From NCBI RefSeq assembly GCF_001194135.2, contig NC_068992.1, positions 56,669,732-56,705,157 of the forward strand: a DNA stretch of 35,426 nucleotides. Reading direction: 5' to 3'. How positions within the stretch are numbered: the stretch's first letter is position 1; every line of letters starts with the position of its first letter. The DNA is from Octopus bimaculoides (Eukaryota). This document shows, one piece after another, positions 35,413 to 35,426 of the stretch. The notes beneath the pieces are model-generated. The model made no database searches, was not told where the DNA came from, and was given only the letters and a program-made list of their open reading frames with translations. Position numbers and translations under genes: made by a program.

Positions 35413-35426
35413 TTATTATATATATA

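Overview
AT-rich eukaryotic non-coding DNA, dense in microsatellites and decayed transposons, with nine N-gaps (about 2.8 kb) that mostly sit at (TA)n/(CA)n runs. The repeat families and microsatellite load point to an octopus (coleoid cephalopod) draft scaffold; this is inference from recognised repeats, not a database result. I cannot support any intact host protein-coding gene, rRNA, tRNA gene or CRISPR array, and most listed ORFs are translations of microsatellites or N-runs. What can be supported: a mariner relic with most of its transposase (30310-31358); a Tc1 right end (3417-3772); two R4/Dong-like LINE fragments, one RT (23135-24490) and one REL endonuclease plus 3' UTR (34478-35082); RTE-like LINE fragments; a pogo/Tigger-like MITE end; about 25 copies of six short interspersed repeat families; and a Penelope-like terminal repeat. 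The best second-look items are a minimal hammerhead-ribozyme fold in the Penelope-like repeat (19153-19205), a perfect 41-bp inverted repeat (1125-1266), a pair of SINEs sharing a head but with different bodies (one V-domain-like), and a headless repeat family anchored on (TG)n. I found no convincing novel multi-gene system.
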